Origin: a virus
Virus record (IMG/VR): IMGVR_UViG_3300028786_000009
Location: 4,759-68,758 of that record
Length of the DNA: 64,000 bases
Strand: one strand, 5' to 3'
The notes under the pieces were generated by a model, which searched no databases, was not told the origin of the DNA, and saw nothing but the letters and a program-made list of their open reading frames with translations. Position 1 is the stretch's first letter; each line of letters opens with the position of its first letter. The translations under genes were made by a program, and so were the position numbers. Shown here in pieces: positions 37,299 through 46,820 of this stretch.

Positions 37299-37640
37299 AT
37301 GGAGCAGAAGAAGCACGCGACGATGGGCCGGCGTCTGTCGCCCAAGCTGCACGAGGGCATGCCGGGGCTGCTGATGCACTGGTGCCCGGGATGCGCGGCG
37401 CTGCACCCGGTCAAGGTGGCCGGCGCCGGGTCCTGGAGCTGGAACGGGGACCGCATCAAGCCGACCTTCTACCCCTCGGTCAAGCACACGATGCCGTGGA
37501 CCACGATCGACGGCAAGGACGAGCCGATCGAGCGGATCTGCCACTACTACGTGACCGGTGGCGCCATCAGCTACTGCGAAGACTCGACGCACGAGCTGGG
37601 CGGCAAGACAATCTATCTGCCCGACATCCCTTTCGATTGA
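37299..37640 (+). CDS. DUF6527-like protein
   Basis: HWCPGC...H...W.WNGD..KPTF.PSV...CHY.VT.G.I.YC.DSTH.L.G. Confidence 0.75.
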   Translation: MEQKKHATMGRRLSPKLHEGMPGLLMHWCPGCAALHPVKVAGAGSWSWNGDRIKPTFYPSVKHTMPWTTIDGKDEPIERICHYYVTGGAISYCEDSTHELGGKTIYLPDIPFD

Positions 37641-37645
37641 CCACC

Positions 37646-37912
37646 ATGCCTGTCAGCATGCCCCGCGACAAGATCGCCCACCACCTGGCGGGGGCGGCCA
37701 TCGCGCTGGCGGTGTACCTGGCCGGCTGGCTGGTGCAGGCCCCGCTGTTGCAGCGCCTGGTGGTCGGCGCGCTGCTGGTGCTGGCGGTGGCCGCGAGCAA
37801 GGAGTGCTTCGACCAGGGCGACATCACCCACCACACGGTGGACTGGCTCGACTTCGCCGCGACGATCGCCGGCGGGGCCTACGCGTTGGCGCTGCTGGCC
37901 GCGTTCGGCTGA
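37646..37912 (+). CDS. Small membrane protein (DK..H...KE..D, VanZ-like)
   Basis: Three hydrophobic helices. Confidence 0.6.
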   Translation: MPVSMPRDKIAHHLAGAAIALAVYLAGWLVQAPLLQRLVVGALLVLAVAASKECFDQGDITHHTVDWLDFAATIAGGAYALALLAAFG

Positions 37913-37914
37913 GC

Positions 37915-38160
37915 CTAGCGCCGCGCTTCGGTCCAGCCCTCGCCTTCCATGCAGGCCGTGTAGATCGCGTCGCGCGTGCCCATCTCGTTGATCGAGCGGC
38001 CCGAATTGCCGTAGCCGGCCTGCGCCAGGCACCCCGAGTGCGAACGCATCAGCTCCTGGCGGGTGCCACCGGGCTTGTCCCACAGGCGCTGAGGCAGCGC
38101 GCAGGCGGTGAGGGTGGCGATGAGGGCAAGGGCAAGGGCAAGGGCAAGGGCAGCACGCAT
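37915..38160 (-). CDS. Lipoprotein (moron-like, antisense to the late operon)
   Basis: Signal peptide with lipobox LTAC; W.KPG...C...CM..EGW. Confidence 0.7.
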   Translation of the reverse strand: MRAALALALALALIATLTACALPQRLWDKPGGTRQELMRSHSGCLAQAGYGNSGRSINEMGTRDAIYTACMEGEGWTEARR

Positions 38161-38414
38161 TCGAATCACAGTCTGGTTAGGGTGTGGATAGACACCTCGA
38201 AATACTAGGCGCTGGGGCGCTTGCTAGCTCGCAGCGCGTTTGCAGTTGTGCAAAAACCTGCCGTGCAGATCACACGCTTTCGGGCGGTGCAGGAGGTGTG
38301 GGGAGTCTGGCCGGCGGGTTGAACGCGCTGGCAGCAGCGCCTATAGTCTGCCCACGACGCCAAGCCGTGCCAGTGTGCGATGCGAAGACAAACTGCAACC
38401 TCGTTGCAATGAAA

Positions 38415-38453
38415 GAAGGCCCCCGAGCTGATCACTCGGGGGCCTTCCCTTTT
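38415..38453. terminator. Strong hairpin terminator, possibly bidirectional
   Basis: GAAGGCCCCCGAG-N7-CTCGGGGGCCTTC followed by CCTTTT. Confidence 0.7.
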
Positions 38454-38471
38454 GTGGCGTCGCCTCGTGGG

Positions 38472-38660
38472 CTACAGCCGCAGCACCGGCACCTGCACGT
38501 TGCCGAACAGCACGCCCAGCAGCACCAGCACGATGATGAGCACGAACACCACCCGCACGATCTGAGCGAACGGTGCGGGCAGTGGCAGCATCGTGATCGC
38601 CCACCACAGCAGCCCCGCCACGATGGCGAGGATGAGCAGCGAGACGAGCAGGTTGATCAC
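38472..38660 (-). CDS. Small two-TM membrane protein (Thivi_2564-like)
   Basis: LL..LLI..IV.GLLWW.I..LP.P.PF. Confidence 0.6.
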   Translation of the reverse strand: MINLLVSLLILAIVAGLLWWAITMLPLPAPFAQIVRVVFVLIIVLVLLGVLFGNVQVPVLRL

Positions 38661-38675
38661 GGCGCGGTGTGGTGA

Positions 38676-38978
38676 TCAGGACTGCGCCGGTGCCGCCGGG
38701 GTGTTCTCCGAGATCGCCGCTGCCAGGGCATTGCCGCTGGCGTCCAGCGCGGCCGACAGCGCCGTGAGGGCGTTCGGGTCGCCGCTGGCGATGGCCTCGT
38801 CGAGCTTGGCCTTCAAGCCGGTGATCGCCGTTACCGCAGACTCCATGATCGTTTTCGCTTCCGAGACTTCGGCGGTGAGGGTGTCGAGTGCAGCCATGAT
38901 GGTTCGTCCTTGCTGAAAAATAGCGTCTAGGCGGGCACGCATGTCCCAGTCGGCGATCCATCCGATGATCGTAGCCAT
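38676..38978 (-). CDS. Helical Ala-rich hypothetical protein
   Basis: L.AEV.......SA...I.GL...L..A...D..AL..L...L...LAAAI..NT. Confidence 0.55.
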   Translation of the reverse strand: MATIIGWIADWDMRARLDAIFQQGRTIMAALDTLTAEVSEAKTIMESAVTAITGLKAKLDEAIASGDPNALTALSAALDASGNALAAAISENTPAAPAQS

Positions 38979-39311
38979 GGTGGTGGGGCGCTCCAGGGGC
39001 GATGAGTGAGTGCGCATTGTCTGCACCCAGCGCGTTGCGGGCAACTTATGCGAGAAGCGCACCTGTCGGGATTGACAGTTGACACGGTGCACTTGCCCTG
39101 TTCACCGAGCGCGCAACACAATCGCCATCACCAAGCCGTCGATGAGTCGCCGCAACTTATTCGACGCGTAACTAAGCGGATGCCAGGCGTTCGGAGTCGT
39201 CCCTCGATTCGCCTGTGGAGCTTGCGGGACGTGGCACCAAGCCCCTCACGGGGTCGAGTGCCCTCGGGTTGCCACCCGTACGAATGGCCGAGGGTCAAAA
39301 GGATCACGTTC

Positions 39312-40334
39312 ATGGAAGACTCAAGAGCCGAGTTCAACGAAGCCGAAAGCAAGCTGCTCGATCAGGCCCGTGTGGAAACCGAAGCTGCCGATGCAGCGCT
39401 GGTGGCCGCCGCGGAGTCTGCCGAGCCGGCTGCTGCGCCGACGCCTGCGCCGGCTGCTGCACCGCCACCGTCCGAGGCTAGCGCCCCGGCACCGGCCGCA
39501 GCGCCCACGCCCGCCAGCGCACCCGCCAGCGCGCCCGCCAGCGCACCGGCAGCAGCGGCACCAGCACCGGAGGCCGCACCTGCTGCTGCCCCTGCTGCTA
39601 GCGCCCCTGCTGCCGCGGCACCGGCCCCGGTCGAGCCCCAAGGCAGCGCCCGCGCTGCGCTGCGGGCATCGCGCCAGGCCGAGCGGCGCCTTCGCAACGA
39701 GAACGAAGCCCTGCGTGCCCGGCTGGACAAGGCCGGTGTCAAGGACGACACCGCCGCCACGCCCGAGGCGCCCGACGAATCGCAGCTCAACGACGTGCGC
39801 GAGTACGCCCCCAAGGTCGCCCAACACCTGGACGCCTTGGCCGCCGAAAACGCCGCGTTGAAGGCTCGCGTTGCCTCCGCTGCCCCTGCGCCAGCGGCTG
39901 ATGCGGGCTACCTGCCCGACAGCCTGCCCGACGACGTGCAAGAGGCGGTCGATGAGTCCCCGGAATTGCTCCTGTGGTGGTCGACTCAGGAACATCGCGA
40001 CAGGTGGGAAGCGGCGAAAGCTGCTGACGGGCTGCTGATGCGCTCGCCCGCCTGGCAAGGCAAGCCGATGGCCGAAAGGTTCAAGGCAGTCGTTGCGATG
40101 GTCAACAAGGAGATCGCTGCGCCCTCGAAGGCTCCCGCACCCGCGGCAACCCTCGAAGACGCCAATCGTGTCATCGCGGCAACGAGCGCAGCGCCCGCTG
40201 CACCGTTGACGGTAGGGGATCTGCGTGGTGGGGGGAAACCCGACGCCGCAAGCCACATCCCCGACTACCACGCGATGAAGCGTGAAGGCATGTCCGACGA
40301 GTCGATCATCGCAAGCCTTCCCGTGATGCCGTGA
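39312..40334 (+). CDS. Capsid scaffolding protein (putative)
   Basis: Ala/Pro-rich with coiled coil, directly upstream of the major capsid gene. Confidence 0.7.
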   Translation: MEDSRAEFNEAESKLLDQARVETEAADAALVAAAESAEPAAAPTPAPAAAPPPSEASAPAPAAAPTPASAPASAPASAPAAAAPAPEAAPAAAPAASAPAAAAPAPVEPQGSARAALRASRQAERRLRNENEALRARLDKAGVKDDTAATPEAPDESQLNDVREYAPKVAQHLDALAAENAALKARVASAAPAPAADAGYLPDSLPDDVQEAVDESPELLLWWSTQEHRDRWEAAKAADGLLMRSPAWQGKPMAERFKAVVAMVNKEIAAPSKAPAPAATLEDANRVIAATSAAPAAPLTVGDLRGGGKPDAASHIPDYHAMKREGMSDESIIASLPVMP

Positions 40335-40371
40335 CGGTCGGGGCTTGGGGCTGCAACCCCCAGGACCCGAA

Positions 40372-41673
40372 ATGTCAACCACCTCCATCCCCAGCGGCTC
40401 GACGCTGGCCAACAAGCAGTACAGCAAGGCGCTCGCGGCGATGGCCGTGCGCGCCCCGACCCCCCTCAAAACGCTCTCAGGCGACATGCCCAGCGAAGAC
40501 CAGGCGATGCGCAAGCTGCGACAGCAATCGACTGTCGAGATGCCCGTCGTCAAGGTCGACGAGCTGCAAAAAGGGCCAGGCGACACGGTGCAGGTCGACT
40601 GCGCGCACGTCGTCAAGCTGCGCCCGATCATGGGCGACCGCAATGCCGAGGGCATGGGCGCGCAGCTCAAGTACAGCTCGCAGGACATCAAGATCGACAT
40701 GGCCACGCTGCCCGTGTCGGCCGGCGGCAAGATGACCCAGCAGCGCACGCCTCACAGCATGCGCACCAACGCGCTGATGCAGTTGAAGGGCGGCATGCCG
40801 CGGTTCCGCTGGCAGCGTGCGCTGGCCATGCTCGCCGGTGCGCGCGGGGTGCAAGACGGCACCGACTGGATCTTGCCGCTGTCCAGCGACCCGGACTTCG
40901 TCGAGATGATGATCAACACGGTCAAGGCGCCGACCTACAACCGCCACTGGGTGGTCAACGGCACGGGCCTGACGCAAGGCGGCGCGCAGCTCGCCACGAT
41001 CGCCACCACCGACTCGCTCAAGCTCGGGCACATCGACGAGTTCGCGGCGATCTGGTCGGAGATGGCCACGCGCATGGCCCCGATCAGCATCCCGGGCGAC
41101 CCGGCCGCCGGTGACGACCCGATCAAGGGCATCTTCCTGTGCGACGAGCTGGTGTGGAACGACATGCTGACCGACACCACCGCCAGCAACAACCTGCGCA
41201 CGTTCCAGCAAAACGCCATCGCGCGCGCCAGCTACGGCTCGCTCAACAAGCACCCGCTGTTCTCGGGCGAGGTGCTGATGTGGCGCGGCATCCTGTTTCG
41301 CAAGATCCAGCAAGCGGTGCGCTTCGGCGCGAGCGCGCTGGTGCCCCACGTCACGGTGGGCAACCGGCTCACCGCCACCGAGACGAACGTGACGGTGGCT
41401 GCGGGCCTGTCGACGACGCACCAGGTGTCGCGCTGCCTGTTCCTGGGCGCGCAGGCCCTGGCGTGCGCCTCGGGTGCGAACCAGGACAGCGAGGAAACCT
41501 ACTCGCTGCTCGAGAACCGGACCAACTTCGGGCGCAACCTGGAGTTCGCCGGCGAGATCGTGGGCGCCGAGCAGAAGCTGCGCTGGAGCCTGCCCAACGA
41601 GAACCAGGACCTGGAGCCCACGGACTTCGGGGTATCGGTGATCGACTGCGTCACGCGCAAGCGCAACGTCTGA
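40372..41673 (+). CDS. Major capsid protein, N4-gp56/DUF4043-like
   Basis: PVV.V.EL.K.PGD.V..D...P.MGD...EG, GG.MTQQRT, HPLF.G....W.G. Confidence 0.85.
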   Translation: MSTTSIPSGSTLANKQYSKALAAMAVRAPTPLKTLSGDMPSEDQAMRKLRQQSTVEMPVVKVDELQKGPGDTVQVDCAHVVKLRPIMGDRNAEGMGAQLKYSSQDIKIDMATLPVSAGGKMTQQRTPHSMRTNALMQLKGGMPRFRWQRALAMLAGARGVQDGTDWILPLSSDPDFVEMMINTVKAPTYNRHWVVNGTGLTQGGAQLATIATTDSLKLGHIDEFAAIWSEMATRMAPISIPGDPAAGDDPIKGIFLCDELVWNDMLTDTTASNNLRTFQQNAIARASYGSLNKHPLFSGEVLMWRGILFRKIQQAVRFGASALVPHVTVGNRLTATETNVTVAAGLSTTHQVSRCLFLGAQALACASGANQDSEETYSLLENRTNFGRNLEFAGEIVGAEQKLRWSLPNENQDLEPTDFGVSVIDCVTRKRNV

Positions 41674-41707
41674 TCCACCGCATCAACCGAGAGACAGGAG
41701 TTAAACC

Positions 41708-42148
41708 ATGTCAAGCCTCAAGGCTCAAAAAGCGCTGGCGCCGCAGTCGATGCGTGTCGACGGCACCGCGCGGTTCATCACCGACAAGTACGTGGCCGCT
41801 GCCGCTCCCGTGGCGGCCGACACGATCGACTTCCGCATCCCCGGGGGCTCCGAGCTGTGCACGCTGGAGTTCTACCTGGACGATGCCGACACCGGCACGG
41901 CGTTCGTCTTCGGCGTGGGCTACCGCGCCGTGGACAGCTCGTCGTCGCTGGCCACCAGTGCGGCCTACTTCGCTGCGGCGGGCCAGACCACGGGCCAGGC
42001 CGGCGGACGCCTGGAGTGCTCGTTCAAGCCGATCAAGTTCGAAGAGGATGTCTACATCCAGCTTCTCGTCGGCACGGCACCGGCGGGGATCGCGGGCGCC
42101 CCCGAGATCCACATGATCGCCGGCATCAACCAGATCGGCCCGAAGTGA
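41708..42148 (+). CDS. Capsid-associated (decoration-like) protein
   Basis: Beta-rich 146 aa after MCP; AGGAG SD; followed by a terminator. Confidence 0.6.
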   Translation: MSSLKAQKALAPQSMRVDGTARFITDKYVAAAAPVAADTIDFRIPGGSELCTLEFYLDDADTGTAFVFGVGYRAVDSSSSLATSAAYFAAAGQTTGQAGGRLECSFKPIKFEEDVYIQLLVGTAPAGIAGAPEIHMIAGINQIGPK

Positions 42149-42152
42149 TCGG

Positions 42153-42174
42153 AGGGGGCTCCGGCCCCCTTTTT
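42153..42174 (+). terminator. Intrinsic terminator
   Basis: AGGGGGC-TCCG-GCCCCCT-TTTT. Confidence 0.7.
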
Positions 42175-42199
42175 CCGCTTCATTGAAGGAGATTTGGCA

Positions 42200-42655
42200 A
42201 TGACCGACACCGTACGCGTGCGGCTGGTCTGGCCTGAGTCGCGTGGCGCCAAGAACGACTGCCGGGCTGGCACCGCTGTCGTCTGGAGCCACCACGGCGA
42301 CGTGCAGGACTACCCGGCAGCGCTGTGGCCACGCCTGGCCGCCCATCCCGACGTTTGGCAGCTCGTGCCGAGCGACACCCAAGCCGCGCCGCCCCCGACC
42401 CCGCTGCGCCCGCTGGACCCGATCGTCGTCAAGGCCGCCAAGGAGCACGCGCGCGGGCTCAACACCGACTTGGTGGTGGCGGTGGTCGACACCGCGCCGC
42501 TGGACGAGGAGCAACTGGCGGCGATGGCCGATGCCGACATCCACGAGCTGGCCAAGCGCCGCGGCTACGTGCTGCACCCGCGGCTGAACCCGATCAACCT
42601 GCGCGCGCGCTTCCTCGAGGCGCAGGCAGGCGCACCGACGGGGGCTGAACCGTGA
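42200..42655 (+). CDS. Hypothetical head-module protein
   Basis: AAGGAG SD; L..HPDVW motif. Confidence 0.6.
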   Translation: MTDTVRVRLVWPESRGAKNDCRAGTAVVWSHHGDVQDYPAALWPRLAAHPDVWQLVPSDTQAAPPPTPLRPLDPIVVKAAKEHARGLNTDLVVAVVDTAPLDEEQLAAMADADIHELAKRRGYVLHPRLNPINLRARFLEAQAGAPTGAEP

Positions 42656-43299
42656 CCATCCTCGCCAGCGCCATCATCGCCAACTGCCGCACGATCTTGC
42701 TGGACCCCGCGCCGGGCACGACCTGGCTCGATGCCGACCTGCTGACCATGCTCAACCAGGCCGAGCGCTTCGCGTGCAACCTGCGCCCCGAGCTGTACAC
42801 CGCGCGCGCAGCCATCGCGATGGCCACCGGCATCCACCAGACACTGCCGGCTGGCGGCAACGTGCTGATGCGCCTGGACGAGAACGCCACCAGCAAGCGG
42901 CGCTGCCGCCTGGTCGACTCGGCGCTGCTGGACGCGGCGCTGGCGACCTGGCCGGCCACTGCCGAGGCCACCGACGTGGTCGAGTACGCGATCGACGCCA
43001 AGGACCGCAAGCGCTTCGTCGTCTACCCGCCCAACAACGGCACCGGCTCGGTGGTGGCGCTGTACGGGCGCACGCCGGCCGCGCTCGCCGCGGTGGGCAA
43101 CGCCATCAACCTGGATGACATCTACGAGATGGCGCTGCAAAACTTCGTGCTCGGTCAAGCCTACTCGGCCAACACCAAGCGCCAGGACCTGGCCAAGGCG
43201 GGCAGCTACGCGACGATGTGTGAGAAGGCGCTGGGCGTCAACGCTCAGTCGACCGTGGCCGTGCTGCCCAAGTACGGCAACACCCCGGGAGGTGCGTGA
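42652..43299 (+). CDS. Head-tail adaptor (DUF6682-like)
   Basis: R.IL.D.....W...LL..LN.A......RP...Q.LP...F.VYPP. Confidence 0.7.
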   Translation: MTILASAIIANCRTILLDPAPGTTWLDADLLTMLNQAERFACNLRPELYTARAAIAMATGIHQTLPAGGNVLMRLDENATSKRRCRLVDSALLDAALATWPATAEATDVVEYAIDAKDRKRFVVYPPNNGTGSVVALYGRTPAALAAVGNAINLDDIYEMALQNFVLGQAYSANTKRQDLAKAGSYATMCEKALGVNAQSTVAVLPKYGNTPGGA

Positions 43300-43991
43300 T
43301 GGCACTCGTGGACATCGACACCTTGCTGGGCGAAGTCTCGGCCACCTGCCGCGAGGCGCCGATGCTGACGATGCGCTCGGCCTACCTGCGCGCCGCGCGC
43401 GAGCTGTGCGACAAGTCGCACTGGCTGCTGCGCTCCACCAGCGCGCTGGCCACCGTGATCGACCAGCAGGTCAGCACGCTGGAGCTGGACGACCCGTACG
43501 CCGACGCCGAAGACGTGCTGGGCATCCGCGCCATGTCGGTGATCGTGGGCGCGCTCGACGTGCGCGCGCTGACCGACATCGACTCGGGAGAGATCGACCC
43601 GAACGACACCAGCGTGAGCACCGACGGGGTGCCCGAGTTCTATCAGTACCTGCCGACCGACCAGTTCGCGCTGTTCGGCACGCCCAGCGCGGTGTACTCG
43701 ATGCACGCGACGCTGATCGTGCAGCCCAAGCGCACGGCCACATCGATCGACGAGCACCTGGTCAACGCCTGGGACCGCGCGCTGACCGCCGGCACGCTGC
43801 ACTTCATGCTCAACCTGCCGCGCTGCCCGTGGACCGACAAGCAGCAGGCCGAGCAGAACCGCCTGTACTTCGTCGGCCAGTGCAACCAGGCCCACATGAG
43901 CGCGCTGCGCGCCTACAACGCCGGGGCGCGGCTGACCGACCGCGACGCTTCGCAATCCGGGGCGTTGCGCACGCGCACGCTGCCGATCTAG
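43299..43991 (+). CDS. Second adaptor/connector protein
   Basis: A.RE.C..S..L, G.L..ML..P..PW; position. Confidence 0.6.
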   Translation: MALVDIDTLLGEVSATCREAPMLTMRSAYLRAARELCDKSHWLLRSTSALATVIDQQVSTLELDDPYADAEDVLGIRAMSVIVGALDVRALTDIDSGEIDPNDTSVSTDGVPEFYQYLPTDQFALFGTPSAVYSMHATLIVQPKRTATSIDEHLVNAWDRALTAGTLHFMLNLPRCPWTDKQQAEQNRLYFVGQCNQAHMSALRAYNAGARLTDRDASQSGALRTRTLPI

Positions 43992-44004
43992 GAGAGGCAC
44001 GACC

Positions 44005-44439
44005 ATGACACATCGAGCCTGGCCGGCGGTGACCCGCGCAACGCCCGCGCCGTCGATCCCGGGCGTGGCCGCCTGGTTCGATCCGGTCGCGGACCCCGAC
44101 ACGGGCGTGCTGCTGGAGACGAACCAGGGCACGATCTACGGCTACGGCGGGGCCGGCGACTTCTTCGCTGGCATCATCAACTTCGACCCCGATGCGGAGC
44201 TGGTGTGGACGCCGCTATGGGTCGCAGGCCCGGAGATTCAGACCCCAACGCTGACCGACATGGGCGACGGCGTGCTCAAGGTCAACATCCTCGCGACCTC
44301 GACTCCGACCTTCAAGGTCGGCGTGCTGACCCTGATCGCCACCATCGACGGCGAGGACGCGGGCGCGCTGGTGCTGGACATGACCGTGCCGGGCGGCGAC
44401 GAGTTCGCGCCGTTCACGCACTGGGGACCGGCGCCGTGA
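44005..44439 (+). CDS. Hypothetical virion protein
   Basis: AGGAG SD; beta-rich. Confidence 0.55.
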   Translation: MTHRAWPAVTRATPAPSIPGVAAWFDPVADPDTGVLLETNQGTIYGYGGAGDFFAGIINFDPDAELVWTPLWVAGPEIQTPTLTDMGDGVLKVNILATSTPTFKVGVLTLIATIDGEDAGALVLDMTVPGGDEFAPFTHWGPAP

Positions 44440-44951
44440 AGATCGCCATCGACTCCTTCCGCGGCGAGGTGCCGCGCATCACCCCACGCGGCTTGCCGCC
44501 CAACGCCGCGCAGGAGGCCACCAACTGCCGCTTGCAGACCGGGGACCTGGAGAGCTGGCGCCAGTTCGCGCTGACCAAGACGCTGGCGCAGACCACCACG
44601 CCGGTGCAGACGATCTACCTGCTGAAAGACAAGTGGCTGAGCTGGAACGACCAGGTCGACGTGGCACGCGGCGTGATCCAGGACAACGACTGGCGCACCT
44701 ACCTCACGTGCCCGGACCTGTACGACGAACCGCGCTTCACCACCTACGCGCTGGCCACCACCGGCGCCGAGCCGTTCCCGGTGGTCACGCGCCCGATCGG
44801 CGTGCCCGCACCCGGCTCGAGGCCCACGGTGGTGCTGTCGTCGGCGGCGACGCCAGATCCCACGGTCTTCAACATCCTCGTCGACGACGACCATGGCGAC
44901 CTGCTCGAAACCGCCTGGGAACACTCGCCGAAGGTGCCTTACTCGGACTGA
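44436..44951 (+). CDS. Tail nozzle/stabilization protein, N-terminal part
   Basis: I..FRGE.PR..P..LP.NAAQ.A.NC.L..G.L; ends at TGA in frame with the next ORF. Confidence 0.65.
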   Translation: MKIAIDSFRGEVPRITPRGLPPNAAQEATNCRLQTGDLESWRQFALTKTLAQTTTPVQTIYLLKDKWLSWNDQVDVARGVIQDNDWRTYLTCPDLYDEPRFTTYALATTGAEPFPVVTRPIGVPAPGSRPTVVLSSAATPDPTVFNILVDDDHGDLLETAWEHSPKVPYSD

Positions 44952-44954
44952 ACC

Positions 44955-46820
44955 ATGGCCTTCTCCTCCGAAGTCAAGCAACTCGACAGCGGCGGGCGTC
45001 TCGGGGGCGACTGCTACGAGCTGCGCTGGCAAGACACCGTCGGGGGCGGCATCCCGTGCTACATGGCGCGCAACTTCGGGGTCAAGTCGGCCTCGCTGAT
45101 CGACCTGCGCGGCGACTGGCGCGCCAGCGACGTGAGCGGCCACGCGCGCGCGGGCTGGGGGATGCTGCGCAACACCGCCGGCAAGGGCATCGCGGTGCTG
45201 GTGACGGGCGACGCCGGGGTCTGGAAGCTCCAGATCGGCACCGCCGACACCTGGGCGCAGCCGGGCAGCTTCGTCAAGACGGTGAGCGGCATCACCACCA
45301 TCGACGCGGGCGAGTGGTACACGATCCACATCAAGTGCGAGGTGACCGAGGACAAGGCTGTCACCGTCACCGCCGAGATCCTGACCATCGACGACCCCGA
45401 GGACGTGGTCACGCTGGCCGAGGCGACGTGCACGCTCAACGTCGAGCGCGACGACTTCTGCGGCTTCTACGGCGCCGACGAGCAGACCGGGGGCACTCAG
45501 ACCGCGCGCTACGACGGCCCGACGGTGTCGGCCAGCGGCTCGATCGCCGAGGTGGTGGAGACGACCGCAACGGCCTACGTCGTGACGTTCAACAACGACC
45601 TGGGGCAAGAAGGCCCGCCGAGCCTGCCGAGCAAGACCAAGCTGCGCAGCGACGGCGCCGAGGCGACGGTGACGATGCCCACCACCGCGCCGGCCGAGTA
45701 CGGCATCGTCAGCAAGAACCTGTACCGGGCGGTCACCGGGGCCACCGGCACCGTGTTCGTGCTGGTGGCCGCCGAGATCGCGCTGGCCACCGCCACCTAC
45801 GTCGACGCGCTGGACGATGCCGAGATCGCCAACAACGACATCCTCGAATCCGACGAGTGGGACCTGCCGCCCGACGACCTGGAGGGCATCATCGCGCTGC
45901 CCAACGGCATCATGGCGGGCTTCCGGCGCAACCAGTTGTGCCTGAGCGAGGCCAACCGCCCGCACGCCTGGCCGGTGCGCTACCGCAAGCCCGTGGACAC
46001 CGACATCGTGGCGATTGCCAACATCGACAACACGATCGTCATCGGCACCAAGAGCTTCGTCTACACCGCCACCGGCAACACCCCGGGCTCCTACTCGATG
46101 AGCAAGCCCGGCGAGCCGCAGGCGTGCGTGAGCAAGCGCGGCATGGTCTACCTCACCGACGTGGGCGTGGTGTTCCCCAGCCCCGACGGCTTCATGGTGT
46201 GCGCGGGCAGCGCCGGCCAGGTGAGCAACCTCACCAGCTCGATGTTCACCAAGCGCCAATGGCAGGCGCTGCACCCCGAGTCGATCATCTGCGCGGTGCA
46301 CGACGGGGTGCTGTTCTTTTGGTGCGACGGGCCGAACCCGGACAGCGGCTACGCGCTGGACATCCAGAAAGACGGGTTCGGGCTGATCCGGCTGTCGCAC
46401 CACGCCAGCGCCGTGCACGTGGACCCGCTGACCGATGCGCTGTACCTGGTGCTGGACGCCAACAGCGAGCCCACCGACGTGCTGCTGCCCGAGGCCAGCA
46501 CGGCGCCTGCGGTCAACGGCAAGAAGATCTACGAGTTCGATGCCGGCTCGGGCTCGCTGGTGTTTCGCTGGCGCGGCAAGCTCAACCTGATGCCCTACCC
46601 GGTGACGTTCGAGATTGCGCAAGTGCGCGCCCCGAGCTACGCCAACATCGTGTTGCGGGTCTACGGCGACGGCGCCCTGATCCATGAGCGCGTGCTGACC
46701 AACATCCGCGAGTTCGTGCTGCCCGCCTTCGACACCTACGACACGGTTGAGCTCGAGCTGATCGGCACCACCACCGTGCGCACCGTGCAGGTTGCCGAAG
46801 ACGTGCAGGAGCTGGCGTAA
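44955..46820 (+). CDS. Tail nozzle/stabilization protein, C-terminal part
   Basis: YV.TF....G.EGPPS.PS, W..PP..L.G...LPNG.MAGF, PHAWP..Y, CVS.R. Confidence 0.7.
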   Translation: MAFSSEVKQLDSGGRLGGDCYELRWQDTVGGGIPCYMARNFGVKSASLIDLRGDWRASDVSGHARAGWGMLRNTAGKGIAVLVTGDAGVWKLQIGTADTWAQPGSFVKTVSGITTIDAGEWYTIHIKCEVTEDKAVTVTAEILTIDDPEDVVTLAEATCTLNVERDDFCGFYGADEQTGGTQTARYDGPTVSASGSIAEVVETTATAYVVTFNNDLGQEGPPSLPSKTKLRSDGAEATVTMPTTAPAEYGIVSKNLYRAVTGATGTVFVLVAAEIALATATYVDALDDAEIANNDILESDEWDLPPDDLEGIIALPNGIMAGFRRNQLCLSEANRPHAWPVRYRKPVDTDIVAIANIDNTIVIGTKSFVYTATGNTPGSYSMSKPGEPQACVSKRGMVYLTDVGVVFPSPDGFMVCAGSAGQVSNLTSSMFTKRQWQALHPESIICAVHDGVLFFWCDGPNPDSGYALDIQKDGFGLIRLSHHASAVHVDPLTDALYLVLDANSEPTDVLLPEASTAPAVNGKKIYEFDAGSGSLVFRWRGKLNLMPYPVTFEIAQVRAPSYANIVLRVYGDGALIHERVLTNIREFVLPAFDTYDTVELELIGTTTVRTVQVAEDVQELA

